Origin: an uncultured bacterium
GTDB lineage: Bacteria; Patescibacteriota; Minisyncoccia; Phycocordibacterales; GWA1-40-21
NCBI GenBank assembly: GCA_963716205.1
Contig: OY970290.1
Coordinates: 367,417-431,416 of the forward strand
DNA length: 64,000 nt
Direction of reading: 5' to 3'
Shown here: positions 10,801 through 19,070 of the stretch, in pieces
Layout: the number at the start of each line of letters is the position of its first letter
Position numbering within the stretch: position 1 is the stretch's first letter
Notes under the pieces: model-generated
What the model was told of the DNA's origin: nothing
Database searches by the model: none
Seen by the model: only the letters and a program-made list of their open reading frames with translations
Translations under genes and position numbers: made by a program

Positions 10801-12629
10801 TCAATAATATCTTTTGGATTGTGTGACGAAAACGACTTTAACTGTTTTTGTAAATCTATTCTGGATTCACAAATTTTTGATAAATCGTCAATTTTCAATA
10901 TCGCATTGTCTAACGTTTCAGTGGTCGTTGTATTCCAACCAACAGGCAGGTTTTGCACCTCGGATAATTCTTTGAAAATACTGAGCGAGGAAAGAATTAC
11001 TGGGATTGGCAAATCAAGACCTCTGACAAAATTGGATATTTTTTCCGTATCTTTATTAAATGACTCGCAAAAAATTTTTAGATTATTCAGATATTCATAC
11101 AAAGATTCCAAAACTGATAGATTAGTGCCATCTGCTTTCATTCCCTTCAGAGGATGTTGATCCCTGACTGAGAAAAGCTGGGCATTTTTATCAACATCAG
11201 AAAGAATTTCCAAGGAATGATCCAATTCACTTTTTGATACTTCTAAAATGTTACTCCATGGCAATGTGGCTTTTATAAGCTCAATGTTTTTTAGCTCTTC
11301 GTATTTACCGTATGCAGAGAAAAGATGTATGGTGAGTGGATTGTTAGTATCGTAAATACTTTTGGTGTAGTCATTCAATCTGTTACGAGCTTCAACCAAC
11401 TTAGAAATATCCTCTTTTAGATTTTTAGCCACTTTAATTTCCTCGTTTGATTCCAGAGTTTTTTTCAATTCGTCAATGACTTTTCTTTTGCCAGATTTGA
11501 CTCCGTGTGCTTCCAAACAGAACGGTCCGAAACCAATTTCTTGCAACCTATTATAAACAACACTGAGTGCAGCCATCTTGGAACTAACAAATAGCACTTT
11601 CTTATTCTGACCCAAAGCATTGGCGATAATTGCTGTGATAGTCTGACTTTTGCCCGTTCCAGGCGGGCCATGAATAACAAGATTAGAACCAAGAGACGAA
11701 AGTGTTAACGCCCTCAATTGACTGGAATCCATTTGAACTACAGGCACTGGAACCTGCTCGGGTGTTTCCAGTGAATCCAGATCACTGTCTAATTTCAGAT
11801 TTTCAATAACGTCATTTCTTAAATGAGCAAGTGCTTGGACCAAAATATTGTTTCTTGCCTGACCATCAAGCAATTTCAAATCTTGATAGATAGCCAGGGC
11901 CTCAAAACTAAAAACGCCCAGCCAAGAACGTCCTGTGACTTTCCAATCGCTTGCCTGGACCGTATTTTTAACCTTATTCAAATATTCGTCTATTTTTTTA
12001 TCATCAAGTGAAAAACTTTCTTCCGTTGTTTCCTTATTGGAATTATTAAAAAGTTCTGGTATGTCTATCTCTTCTCGTTCTTTCAAATAATATTTCAGAG
12101 CCGGATTGATAACAACATCCTCGTCAGCCATAATCAAACTTAAAGCCCTCGTTCCTCCTTTCTGTTCAAGACTGCACGGTATCATTATCAAAGGACTTTC
12201 CGATCTGCCCATGAGGGGATCTTCCCACTCCAGACACCCAATCGTTAAATAAAGTGTATTAACACCACGTTCGTTTAAAGTGCTTTTTGAATTATCATAA
12301 ATTTTCCTGATTTTTCCTCTCAGCTCTTTTGCACCGGAGTATAAAAAAGACATCTCGCCTTCATGCAATATGTAATCTTCGGCAGATTCATCTTCGGAAA
12401 ATAAATCCTTCTTTTTTATTTTTTTCTGAACAAACGGTAATGTGACAGCACTATCATCGGTATATAAAGTTTTCAACAAATATTCAAAATCTGGTTTATC
12501 CAATTCCAGTTTGGCTGCTCTGGAACGATTCAAACCTAACAATGGGTTTGATTTTGAGACATCAATTAAGCGTTCTTGCCAACGCTTTAATACTGCACCG
12601 ATCTTTTCGGATATGGAACTATCATTCAT
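7899..12629 (-). CDS. DUF4011-SF1 helicase-Vsr/REase-like-DUF3320 protein (Hhe-type defence candidate)
   Basis: WQERLIDVSKSNPLL (DUF4011 start), GPPGTGKS, DEASQ, GDSKQLPP, HYRS, VQGDERD, RLNVLVTRAK, ECDGATYHSS...RD nuclease; 1576 aa. Confidence 0.88.
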   Translation of the reverse strand: MNDSSISEKIGAVLKRWQERLIDVSKSNPLLGLNRSRAAKLELDKPDFEYLLKTLYTDDSAVTLPFVQKKIKKKDLFSEDESAEDYILHEGEMSFLYSGAKELRGKIRKIYDNSKSTLNERGVNTLYLTIGCLEWEDPLMGRSESPLIMIPCSLEQKGGTRALSLIMADEDVVINPALKYYLKEREEIDIPELFNNSNKETTEESFSLDDKKIDEYLNKVKNTVQASDWKVTGRSWLGVFSFEALAIYQDLKLLDGQARNNILVQALAHLRNDVIENLKLDSDLDSLETPEQVPVPVVQMDSSQLRALTLSSLGSNLVIHGPPGTGKSQTITAIIANALGQNKKVLFVSSKMAALSVVYNRLQEIGFGPFCLEAHGVKSGKRKVIDELKKTLESNEEIKVAKNLKEDISKLVEARNRLNDYTKSIYDTNNPLTIHLFSAYGKYEELKNIELIKATLPWSNILEVSKSELDHSLEILSDVDKNAQLFSVRDQHPLKGMKADGTNLSVLESLYEYLNNLKIFCESFNKDTEKISNFVRGLDLPIPVILSSLSIFKELSEVQNLPVGWNTTTTETLDNAILKIDDLSKICESRIDLQKQLKSFSSHNPKDIIDGSNLFFETYKNWYSRIKLKYFSDKKAVLQMLDNLKSFRFGDLAQAFDISQKIVILDDEIFLKFKELNLHNDSDQTILKNLSTVKLETKTAINLKNWANNINATIPEKTVFNASVSNDIAKLVDFLNANKEEVKKILQEINTFWPNGFLDNFKIETLKLFDAVKYLNLILPNLNQKGAREQQIISRIISRCHENKLMPFLEKIGHQNFEKSTEIFKKRFYSLWIDAMIYSKPILSEFSQMSQVELISKYKILDERITRLAAINLIAEPAQTARQVRIAHANIGTSNGVGILRKEMEKKKKLKPLRVLFNEIPQILQALKPCFLMSPLSVSTFLKPGAFNFDLVIFDEASQLPTPEAIPAILRAKQVIVAGDSKQLPPTSFFRTNILDDSDEWDEQQSDDLESLLDDCKASIPAFSETDLQWHYRSRNERLINFSNHYYYNGQLITFPTPSDASSGGVILEYVSDGVWDRGGSRVNRKEARHTAKLIVKHFKTEPEKTLGVVALNSSQKEAIQEALEEELQQTENKDLAPLLDPERTNPFFVKSLENVQGDERDVIMISIGYGKAADGKMTLNFGPINTAGGWRRLNVLVTRAKWKTILITSIRSSELVGINPDNLGPVGLKNYIQYAENGFLSNKESPKVLNEETNDFEDSVRRELEARGFVVDPQVGVGSFKIDLAVKDPKNPQSYIIGIECDGATYHSSKSARDRDILRQEILLGMGWKLYRIWSTEWFRNRDEALQRLVENVNLAIKNDHRSSPKSDKPNTTTLDQDYILTEIPLRVQKVGKRYEKSSFKINRKDLMTPSKNHNFSHALLTIIEEEGPIHQDVLLERVRELSNIGRVGSNISDNFDNAIKRVIKEGYVEKNKSDKGFLYPTSKDCTYFRVPGDDGLVRRLGEIPAIEIKNAINFLIKDQFGLAYDNAIQSIRLIFQVPRIDPEEADRVKDIVDEMIQSGLIVKHGPLLNFTSLM

Positions 12630-12672
12630 GGACTAATTCTAGCAAAAAATCATTCTAATATCTAATCAAAAA

Positions 12673-13449
12673 TTATGCCGTTGGATAACCGAATGAGCGA
12701 AGTATAGCAAGCCAGCTTAAAGATAAAAACCAATCAATCGGTAAATTCGGATATACTTTTATGAGGGGTGATTTTCCTTCCTTATCCTCCCAAATAAGTA
12801 TGTAAGGATCCTTTCTAAGATGTTGAGTTCCTAATGAATGTGAAAATCCAGATCGCATTGCACCGTATATATCTCCAATAACTTCTTCAATGGTGGCAAA
12901 TGATTTTTTGCCTGTTTCTTGTTCCATACCTCTATAATGTTTGATAGCATCTTTCTTTTCCTTTTCTGTAAGCCATTGCGAATAAAATTTTTTTGATCGA
13001 GCAGCATTTTTAGGGAATAATGATTCATGTTTTTTAGAAAATTTACTGATATCTTCCGGGGTCTTTATGTCTTTAAAATTCTCTTTTAAAAATGAAATGA
13101 AACTTTGTGTTTTACTTAAAGCGGTTCTATTTTCTACGATTGAAAACATAACGTGTAGAGCAAGAGTGGATCGCACTATGTTTTCATAATATCCAATACT
13201 TTTTCCTCTCCCATCTTGTTTGAATAGAAGCAACGGTTCCATATAAGTTCTAAAAAAAATTAAGTATCCGCAAAGTTCCGTTTTATCTGATTGTTTTAAT
13301 GCATCAATTATTGAAACCAATAAATTTTTATTCAAAGCTGGGCAAGGATTTTGCAAACATTTATCCAATGTTTCTATTGTATACTCTGCAATTTCAATTG
13401 ATGTTGAATTTATAGATAAATACTTCATATATATTATATCAAGAACCAC
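12673..13449 (-). CDS. Hypothetical helical protein (possible HEPN-like RxxxxH)
   Basis: 258-aa ORF containing MRSGFSH; the start may be the ATG at 13428. Confidence 0.6.
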   Translation of the reverse strand: MVLDIIYMKYLSINSTSIEIAEYTIETLDKCLQNPCPALNKNLLVSIIDALKQSDKTELCGYLIFFRTYMEPLLLFKQDGRGKSIGYYENIVRSTLALHVMFSIVENRTALSKTQSFISFLKENFKDIKTPEDISKFSKKHESLFPKNAARSKKFYSQWLTEKEKKDAIKHYRGMEQETGKKSFATIEEVIGDIYGAMRSGFSHSLGTQHLRKDPYILIWEDKEGKSPLIKVYPNLPIDWFLSLSWLAILRSFGYPTA

Positions 13450-13456
13450 TTCCTAT

Positions 13457-13948
13457 TTAAGTCTTTTCCTCAAACTCCATAAGAAGCGAGAGATAATGCT
13501 TTTGTTTTTCAGTATCAATCCAGGAACTTAAAAGCGGTGATATATTTCCATTTGAAGTAATGATGCGATTTATAGCATCAAAGAAAAAACCTTCTGGTGT
13601 AGCAAGAAAAAGCCATGCAACATTCCAGTGTTCACGCACCTGTTTTGCTATGTTTATGATCTCCTCCGAGGTTGAAGAATGACGATATTTCACCTCAACG
13701 AGATATACTTGGGAACGGTCTTGGGTAATGATTATAAAATCAGGCGCATGGCGTATATTATCCAAAACTTGTTTTACTTCAATGACATGCTGATACTGCG
13801 CTACCTCCGGCACAGTCTTTTCATAACCAAATGGAAGGATAGTAAATTTACCGCAGTCACGAAACATCTGCTCAAAGATAACCTCTGCGATCTTTCCCTT
13901 CAGGAGATCACGGGAAAATGATATTTCTTTGTTTAATGATTTTTCCAC
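13457..13948 (-). CDS. PD-(D/E)XK-type nuclease-like protein
   Basis: GKIAE...PDF...LVEVKYR motif. Confidence 0.7.
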   Translation of the reverse strand: MEKSLNKEISFSRDLLKGKIAEVIFEQMFRDCGKFTILPFGYEKTVPEVAQYQHVIEVKQVLDNIRHAPDFIIITQDRSQVYLVEVKYRHSSTSEEIINIAKQVREHWNVAWLFLATPEGFFFDAINRIITSNGNISPLLSSWIDTEKQKHYLSLLMEFEEKT

Positions 13949-14013
13949 AACTGAATATTTTTTATAAACGTCTAATTATTATGGGGATGTCCTAGTTTAA
14001 GGTAGTGAATAAA

Positions 14014-14268
14014 TTATTGTTCAAACTCATTTCTCAATTCTTCTTTTAGTTCTTTTTTTGTATCCTTTAATACTGCGCCAAGTATTGTGTCAAAACCCAA
14101 GAATACACCGAGGTAAAAGACTATGAAAAATATCAAGAACCAAACAAAGTTTTCCTGTACGGCATTTACTATTGCAAAATAAAGCCCTATCGGTGGCAAT
14201 AATATGGATAAGACCTTAATGAGCCAGTCTAAAGCATCCCATAACCACCAATTTTTCCAGTTTTTCAT
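14014..14268 (-). CDS. Small two-TM membrane protein (IS passenger)
   Basis: 84 aa, two hydrophobic stretches; stop abuts the TIR. Confidence 0.65.
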   Translation of the reverse strand: MKNWKNWWLWDALDWLIKVLSILLPPIGLYFAIVNAVQENFVWFLIFFIVFYLGVFLGFDTILGAVLKDTKKELKEELRNEFEQ

Positions 14269-14293
14269 ATACCTAGATTATATCCTTATCCTT

Positions 14294-15154
14294 TTATTCC
14301 CACAAGTTAGGTTGATATTCTTGCCCCATCATTCTGTTGTAGTTATTTTCAAACTTGCGCTTGTCTCCAGAAACTTTAAGGGTTGCTACTACTTGCCATA
14401 TTTGTGAACGAATAGCGGGTAATCCAACCTTTTCACTTAAGTGAGAGTGATGTCTTTTTTTTCTTGATTTTGTAGATGTTGTTGGATTTTTTTCGTCCAA
14501 AACTTTCAACACTTCTCCTTTTTCAAAGGGTTCATAAATATATTTTCGTATGAACCCAGCATAGTATAATGGTCTATTACGAGAAGTTGTTTTTTGATTT
14601 CCATAAATGCGGTCCATTTGATAAAAAAGTTCATCGGGAAATTCTTTTGACCATTTTCTAACTTCTTCAGCTAGATAACTTTCAACGAGCATTCTGAATG
14701 CTTCGGGATGTTTGAATTTTTCGTATCCCAACTGTTCATAAATAAGAGCAGTAATACCTACCGCAGAAAATGCGTCAGACATTGTCTCACAAACTGTGGC
14801 AGTAGGTAACTGATTTTTGGTTAATACCCCTGCTCTTTCAGCATCACGATATACGCGACAAATCAACGGGAGTATTTTTGCATCATATCCAGTAGAAAGC
14901 CGTCCTCCATCATAAAACTCTATTCCTTTCAGCATCTCATCTAATTCAGGACGAATAAATTTTTGAAGATTCATCGCTCCGATAAAACTAGGTTTATCTG
15001 TCCTACTTGAACCTTTCCATGCTCTTCCTAACGCTTTCATCATCTTACCTTTATTCAAAATTGGAGTACCATCTTCAAGTACCGCACAATCTATCTCTAC
15101 CCCGTTCAATGTGATTGGACCGCTTCCCCATGCTTTTGGTATATTTTTTTCCAT
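14294..15154 (-). CDS. P63C domain protein (IS passenger)
   Basis: IDCAVLEDGT, AVGITALIYEQLGY, KWSKEFPDELF...IRKYIYE...KRHH pattern typical of phage P63C-domain proteins. Confidence 0.8.
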   Translation of the reverse strand: MEKNIPKAWGSGPITLNGVEIDCAVLEDGTPILNKGKMMKALGRAWKGSSRTDKPSFIGAMNLQKFIRPELDEMLKGIEFYDGGRLSTGYDAKILPLICRVYRDAERAGVLTKNQLPTATVCETMSDAFSAVGITALIYEQLGYEKFKHPEAFRMLVESYLAEEVRKWSKEFPDELFYQMDRIYGNQKTTSRNRPLYYAGFIRKYIYEPFEKGEVLKVLDEKNPTTSTKSRKKRHHSHLSEKVGLPAIRSQIWQVVATLKVSGDKRKFENNYNRMMGQEYQPNLWE

Positions 15155-15172
15155 AAATGGCTTTAATTAAGG

Positions 15173-16045
15173 TTAATTTGATTGGACCGCTTGTAATACT
15201 AATGTATCAAACATTCCTGCATCGCCACGCTTATTGTATCGGAAACAAAACTCGTTGATGTAGGCGTTCAAATGCTTTGCTGTTACATGATGATACTGAC
15301 CGATAATACCACGTTTCAAAAGCGACCAAAAACTTTCAATCGTGTTTGTGTGGGCAATACCAGTAACATAGTTTCCTTTACCATGATTGACTTTACTGTG
15401 TTCAAAGTTCTTTTTGTCCAGTCCATTGTATGCACCCCATTCGTCCGTCATAATATGAGAACCTTTTTTTACATTTTGATTGATGAGCATTTGAAGCGAG
15501 CGAGCATTCACATTGTTTACTTTCTGCGCGCGGACTTCACCACCTCTTTTCAAAACTCCAAAAACTGGCGTTTTGTCTTTTGTACTTCTGCCTTGTCCGC
15601 CCTTTGTTTTATCGTTCCAGTGTTTATTTTTGTTTTTTCCACCGACATACGTTTCGTCCGCCTCAACGATACCCTCTAGCAATGCTCCCTGTTCTCGCAT
15701 AGCTCGGCGAATACGCATGAGCATGAGCCATGCAGTATTCTTGTTGACTTCGATGTCGCGAGCAAGCTGACGTGAACTCATCCCTTTTTTGGCGTTAAGG
15801 ATAAGAGAGATAGCAAGAAACCATTTCTGTAAGTCCAGTTTCGTCTTGTGAAAAATTGTTTTGACCGTTATACTAAAAGATGTATTGCAGGCATTGCAGT
15901 GGTATCGGCTTTCTTTTATAAATTTGGTAACTCGAAGCGAGTTACAATATGGACATTTTGGCTCGCCATTCCATCTGACTTTTTCTAGATGGTCTAGGCA
16001 ATCCTGCTGTGTCGGAAACTGTTTGTATACTTGTATTATGTTCAT
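15173..16045 (-). CDS. IS1595-family DDE transposase
   Basis: Zn ribbon CPYC...CNAC, VEADETYVGG, MTDEW, VNHG, HTNTIESFWSLLKR, YINEFCFRYN. Confidence 0.96.
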   Translation of the reverse strand: MNIIQVYKQFPTQQDCLDHLEKVRWNGEPKCPYCNSLRVTKFIKESRYHCNACNTSFSITVKTIFHKTKLDLQKWFLAISLILNAKKGMSSRQLARDIEVNKNTAWLMLMRIRRAMREQGALLEGIVEADETYVGGKNKNKHWNDKTKGGQGRSTKDKTPVFGVLKRGGEVRAQKVNNVNARSLQMLINQNVKKGSHIMTDEWGAYNGLDKKNFEHSKVNHGKGNYVTGIAHTNTIESFWSLLKRGIIGQYHHVTAKHLNAYINEFCFRYNKRGDAGMFDTLVLQAVQSN

Positions 16046-16161
16046 GGTTTTTTATTACTACCTTTATCTAGGTATAGTACACCATGACGAGACTTGCAGT
16101 CAAGACAATTTCTGTGTTGTAACTGTTTTATTCACTACCTTAAACTAGGACATCCCCATTA

Positions 16162-16806
16162 TTATTTCTTAACCTTATAAAATTTCATCTCTACTCCACT
16201 GTATCGCTCGATCAATCCCTCATAAATTAAACCTTCAAGGGGTTCATAATCCTGATATTGATCTATCTGTGCCAATGCATTTCTATAATCATCTTTATTT
16301 TCTTTTTCGATTTTTATGGATATACCGACTAATCCGTATCTCTCCAAAATCAGATTTGCCGCTAATCGTGCCGTTCGTCCGTTCCCTTCTCTAAAAGGAT
16401 GGACGTTGGTAATCAGATGGTGGAGCCATGCCGCAGTTCGTATAATCTTTTCAATCGCATCAAGCACTTCTTCCGTTACATCTTTGGCAATAATCAGTCC
16501 TTCAACTTTCTCCAAATTTTTTAATCGTATGATAAGTTCGTCCTTCGCTTTTTTCATATATTCATGCACCTGTGAATGATGCGGCGGCAGATGTTTTGAA
16601 TCAGTTATTTCCAGATTTTCATCACGATACTTTCCGGCAATTTCAGGCCACGCATGTTCAAAAATGCACTTATGAATTTCTGATATGGTATCTATGGTGA
16701 TCGGTTTGTGAGAATGGGCGTAGGTTCTCACAAAACGAGAAGCGCGGATAACTCCAATCGCTTCTCGTTTCTGCATTTCCTGTTCGTCTTTCGGTCTTTC
16801 CACCAT
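16162..16806 (-). CDS. Fic domain AMPylase/toxin
   Basis: Canonical HPFREGNGRTAR (HxFx(D/E)GNGRxxR) motif. Confidence 0.93.
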   Translation of the reverse strand: MVERPKDEQEMQKREAIGVIRASRFVRTYAHSHKPITIDTISEIHKCIFEHAWPEIAGKYRDENLEITDSKHLPPHHSQVHEYMKKAKDELIIRLKNLEKVEGLIIAKDVTEEVLDAIEKIIRTAAWLHHLITNVHPFREGNGRTARLAANLILERYGLVGISIKIEKENKDDYRNALAQIDQYQDYEPLEGLIYEGLIERYSGVEMKFYKVKK

Positions 16807-17016
16807 TTATTTTACGTCTTTAGCTAGTTTCTCAAATTCTTTACGGCCTAATTTACTTCCTTCAAGAGCACTTGAATAATATGCATGTTCAACATCCCAT
16901 GCTTTTTCAATTTCAGATTTTTGAGCAGGGGTAAGTTTTGAAAGTTGTTTCTGGGCTGTTTGTGCCACGGAAAAAAGCTCTCTTGCTAATGTTTTGTTTC
17001 CATTCATTGTTGTCAT
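16807..17016 (-). CDS. Fic inhibitor/antitoxin (class I, alpha-inh)
   Basis: SSALEG matches the (S/T)xxxE(G/N) inhibitory motif; directly abuts the Fic start. Confidence 0.8.
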   Translation of the reverse strand: MTTMNGNKTLARELFSVAQTAQKQLSKLTPAQKSEIEKAWDVEHAYYSSALEGSKLGRKEFEKLAKDVK

Positions 17017-17190
17017 ATTATTATAATGTTATTATAACATCTCAATGTTACTATAGAGCACTGGTTTAATCAAGACTGAGTTAAATCACTACTTTTGGCT
17101 TGCTGTGGTCCTCGTGGTTGCGACTTTTACCATTAGTTGTGATATTATCCGTTTAACCCAGAAATAGGCTCATTTGGCTTAGAAACGTAT

Positions 17191-17221
17191 GTTCTTACAT
17201 CGTTCAACATTCGGAGCAGAA
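17191..17221 (+). repeat. Array repeat R0 (variant, island boundary)
   Basis: GTTCTTACATCGTTCAACATTCGGAGCAGAA; 21/31 ungapped identity to consensus, both ends conserved. Confidence 0.65.
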
Positions 17222-17291
17222 ATTAGACAAATATTATTTATTTTGATAATCTAAATTTGGAAGCAGTTATCTTATTTGAAGGGGTGAGATT

Positions 17292-17480
17292 GTGGAAATT
17301 AAAGGAAACTACGTAAAGGTTGTCTATAGTTCTGAATCAGTCCTTTTGAATACGCCGGCAACGATTGATATTTATGAGAAAGGTAAACTAATTGTAAAAT
17401 TAAACGCAACGGTTGTACCACAAACAGGAGCTGATTCAAAACAATATCCATCCGTTCAAATTAAGGTGACTAGTCCTTAG
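17292..17480 (+). CDS. Cassette hypothetical protein (62 aa)
   Basis: GTG start after AAGGGGTG SD-like sequence; promoter-like TAGACA-17-TAATCT at 17224-17252. Confidence 0.55.
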   Translation: MEIKGNYVKVVYSSESVLLNTPATIDIYEKGKLIVKLNATVVPQTGADSKQYPSVQIKVTSP

Positions 17481-17513
17481 ATGTTAAATTTAAGTGAAAG
17501 GAAGTGATGAAAA

Positions 17514-17777
17514 ATGTCAGAGCATTTGATATATTTCTGTAAGAGTTGCGGTAAAATGAGGGCCGAAGCAAAGGATACTCGTTGTGCCGAATGCGAGAAA
17601 TTATTGAATCCTCCCATCGCTGATATCGTTGATAAAGACGCTGAAATTCAGAGATTAAGAGATGAGAATGCAAGACTTGAGGAAAAGATTAAGTCTCTTG
17701 AGAGCGACGAAAGAGCTAAGAGCGAATATCGGGAATATATGAGTGCCGTCGGCAAAGACACTGTAGCTGGTGGATAG
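17514..17777 (+). CDS. Cassette zinc-ribbon + coiled-coil protein
   Basis: CKSC...CAEC then a coiled coil; SD AAGGAAG; terminator hairpin at 17798-17828. Confidence 0.65.
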   Translation: MSEHLIYFCKSCGKMRAEAKDTRCAECEKLLNPPIADIVDKDAEIQRLRDENARLEEKIKSLESDERAKSEYREYMSAVGKDTVAGG

Positions 17778-17847
17778 TTCACCTTTTAGTAGAAAATAAG
17801 CTCCGGATCTAAATGATTCGGGGCTTTTATATTCTCCAATTACCTAC

Positions 17848-17885
17848 CAAACAAGTTCTAACTTCCTCTATCCAAGGGAGCAGAA
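17848..17885 (+). repeat. Array repeat R1
   Basis: CAAACAAGTTCTAACTTCCTCTATCCAAGGGAGCAGAA (consensus). Confidence 0.95.
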
Positions 17886-17913
17886 TAATATCAACTTTGA
17901 TATACTCTTGTAC

Positions 17914-18429
17914 ATGCAGAAAAGCATTCAAGAGGTAATTGAAATTATAAAAACTAAAGAGAAAACTTTGTTTATTTTGTGCGGTCTTCCCTATTCTGGC
18001 AAAACATACATAGCCAAAGAAATTATGAAATATGTTCCTATGATCTATGTCAGCATTGATAATATTTTCCACGAGCATGGCTATGATTGGAATGTTAATA
18101 AACTACCGGATGAAATAGCTTGGACAGAAATATTTGATGTATCGTATGAGAAAGCTCGTAAAGCACTCAATCAATCCTTAAATGTTTTATATGATTCCAC
18201 AAACCACACTAAGATTAGTCGCGATGATTTACGTAAAGTAGCTGGGAGTGTAGGAGCAGATACAAACGTTATTTTTATAGATGTTCCAGTTGATACTATT
18301 TATAAAAGATGGGAGGAAAACAAAGTTAATAAAACAAGATCGATAGTTGATAGAAAGTTGGTAGATATGACTATAAAGGCTTTTGAAAAACCTATAAAGG
18401 GTGAAAATGTATTAATTTTGGCTAATTAA
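17914..18429 (+). CDS. Cassette P-loop kinase (AAA_33-like)
   Basis: CGLPYSGKT, SID, YDSTN...R, FEKP. Leaderless after TGaTATACT; stop abuts repeat R2. Confidence 0.85.
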   Translation: MQKSIQEVIEIIKTKEKTLFILCGLPYSGKTYIAKEIMKYVPMIYVSIDNIFHEHGYDWNVNKLPDEIAWTEIFDVSYEKARKALNQSLNVLYDSTNHTKISRDDLRKVAGSVGADTNVIFIDVPVDTIYKRWEENKVNKTRSIVDRKLVDMTIKAFEKPIKGENVLILAN

Positions 18430-18433
18430 TAAG

Positions 18434-18464
18434 GTTCTAACTTCCTCTATCCATGGGAGCAGAA
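18434..18464 (+). repeat. Array repeat R2
   Basis: GTTCTAACTTCCTCTATCCATGGGAGCAGAA. Confidence 0.95.
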
Positions 18465-18479
18465 ATAGATTTTGTTTTA

Positions 18480-18923
18480 TCATTCAATTTTTTTACCCCA
18501 TTTTTGCCTATACTCTTCTTCACCCTTTCTCAGTGTTTCTTTAAGGTCATTAATTGATTTTTCTAATTTTTCAGCTATATCTAAACCCATGTGTGAATTA
18601 TAAAAATTAAATTCGTCTGTTTTTACTTTTTCTTTAATTACACCCTCTGTCTTTTCATGAGACTCTTTTTCTGTTGTCGTATTAGTATAAACTTTATTCT
18701 CACCTTGAATTAATCTTTCGTAGGCATTATTTATATTTTGTGTAATCTCAGTTGCCCTTGGATCGGTATTAACATCAGGGTGTAATTTTTTTAATAAGTC
18801 CATCCACGTGTTTTTAATATCCTCAGGTGTAGCTGTTTCTTCCAATCCCAATACTTCATAAGGATTAGCGCTATAAAATTGGTCATAATTTTCTTGGTTT
18901 GTATTTGGTGATTCAAAACTCAT
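18480..18923 (-). CDS. Cassette J-domain (DnaJ-like) protein
   Basis: NPYEVLGL...LHPDVN...INNAYERL. Confidence 0.88.
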   Translation of the reverse strand: MSFESPNTNQENYDQFYSANPYEVLGLEETATPEDIKNTWMDLLKKLHPDVNTDPRATEITQNINNAYERLIQGENKVYTNTTTEKESHEKTEGVIKEKVKTDEFNFYNSHMGLDIAEKLEKSINDLKETLRKGEEEYRQKWGKKIE

Positions 18924-18965
18924 ATCAAAAGTATATCAAAAAATATCTAATTTACTAGAAAACAT

Positions 18966-18996
18966 TTTCTAACTTTCTTTATCTAAGGGAGTAAAA
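18966..18996 (+). repeat. Array repeat R3 (decayed)
   Basis: TTTCTAACTTTCTTTATCTAAGGGAGTAAAA; 25/31 identity, all changes GC to AT. Confidence 0.8.
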
Positions 18997-19070
18997 ATTA
19001 ATACTTGACACTGTATTATATTATGTGCTATTATTTACTCGGCTAAATTTACAGTAAGAAGGAGACGGAA

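Larger units (their letters stand above)
13983..16157 (-). mobile_element. IS1595-family element with passenger genes
   Basis: Perfect 31-bp TIRs GGGGATGTCCTAGTTTAAGGTAGTGAATAAA (13983-14013) and its reverse complement (16127-16157); 8-bp direct repeat ATTATTAT at 13975-13982 and 16158-16165. Confidence 0.95.
1..17221. mobile_element. Right portion of an integrative/defence genomic island (left end outside window)
   Basis: Contains tyrosine and serine recombinases, ParB-like, defence-type helicase, Fic TA and an IS. No housekeeping genes. Ends at a variant copy of the array repeat (17191-17221). Boundaries are inferred. Confidence 0.7.

Noticed and set aside
10297-11160. 287-aa and 179-aa (9580-10119) plus-strand ORFs
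   Set aside because: Antisense shadows of the 1576-aa helicase, with no recognisable motifs.
1-17221. Prophage or conjugative element
   Set aside because: No capsid, terminase, tail, relaxase or T4SS genes are visible in this window; the left part is unseen.
17855-17885. Repeat as a direct tRNA 3'-half duplication
   Set aside because: GTTC to GGAG spacing is 5 nt longer than T-loop to discriminator spacing in tRNA and no T-stem forms; only the last few bases could be tRNA-derived.
17827-18078. Minus-strand 83-aa ORF ending LLPWIEEVRT, and similarly 22747-22932
   Set aside because: The first is an antisense shadow of the kinase cassette and neither has start signals; only the repeat-encoded tail is meaningful.
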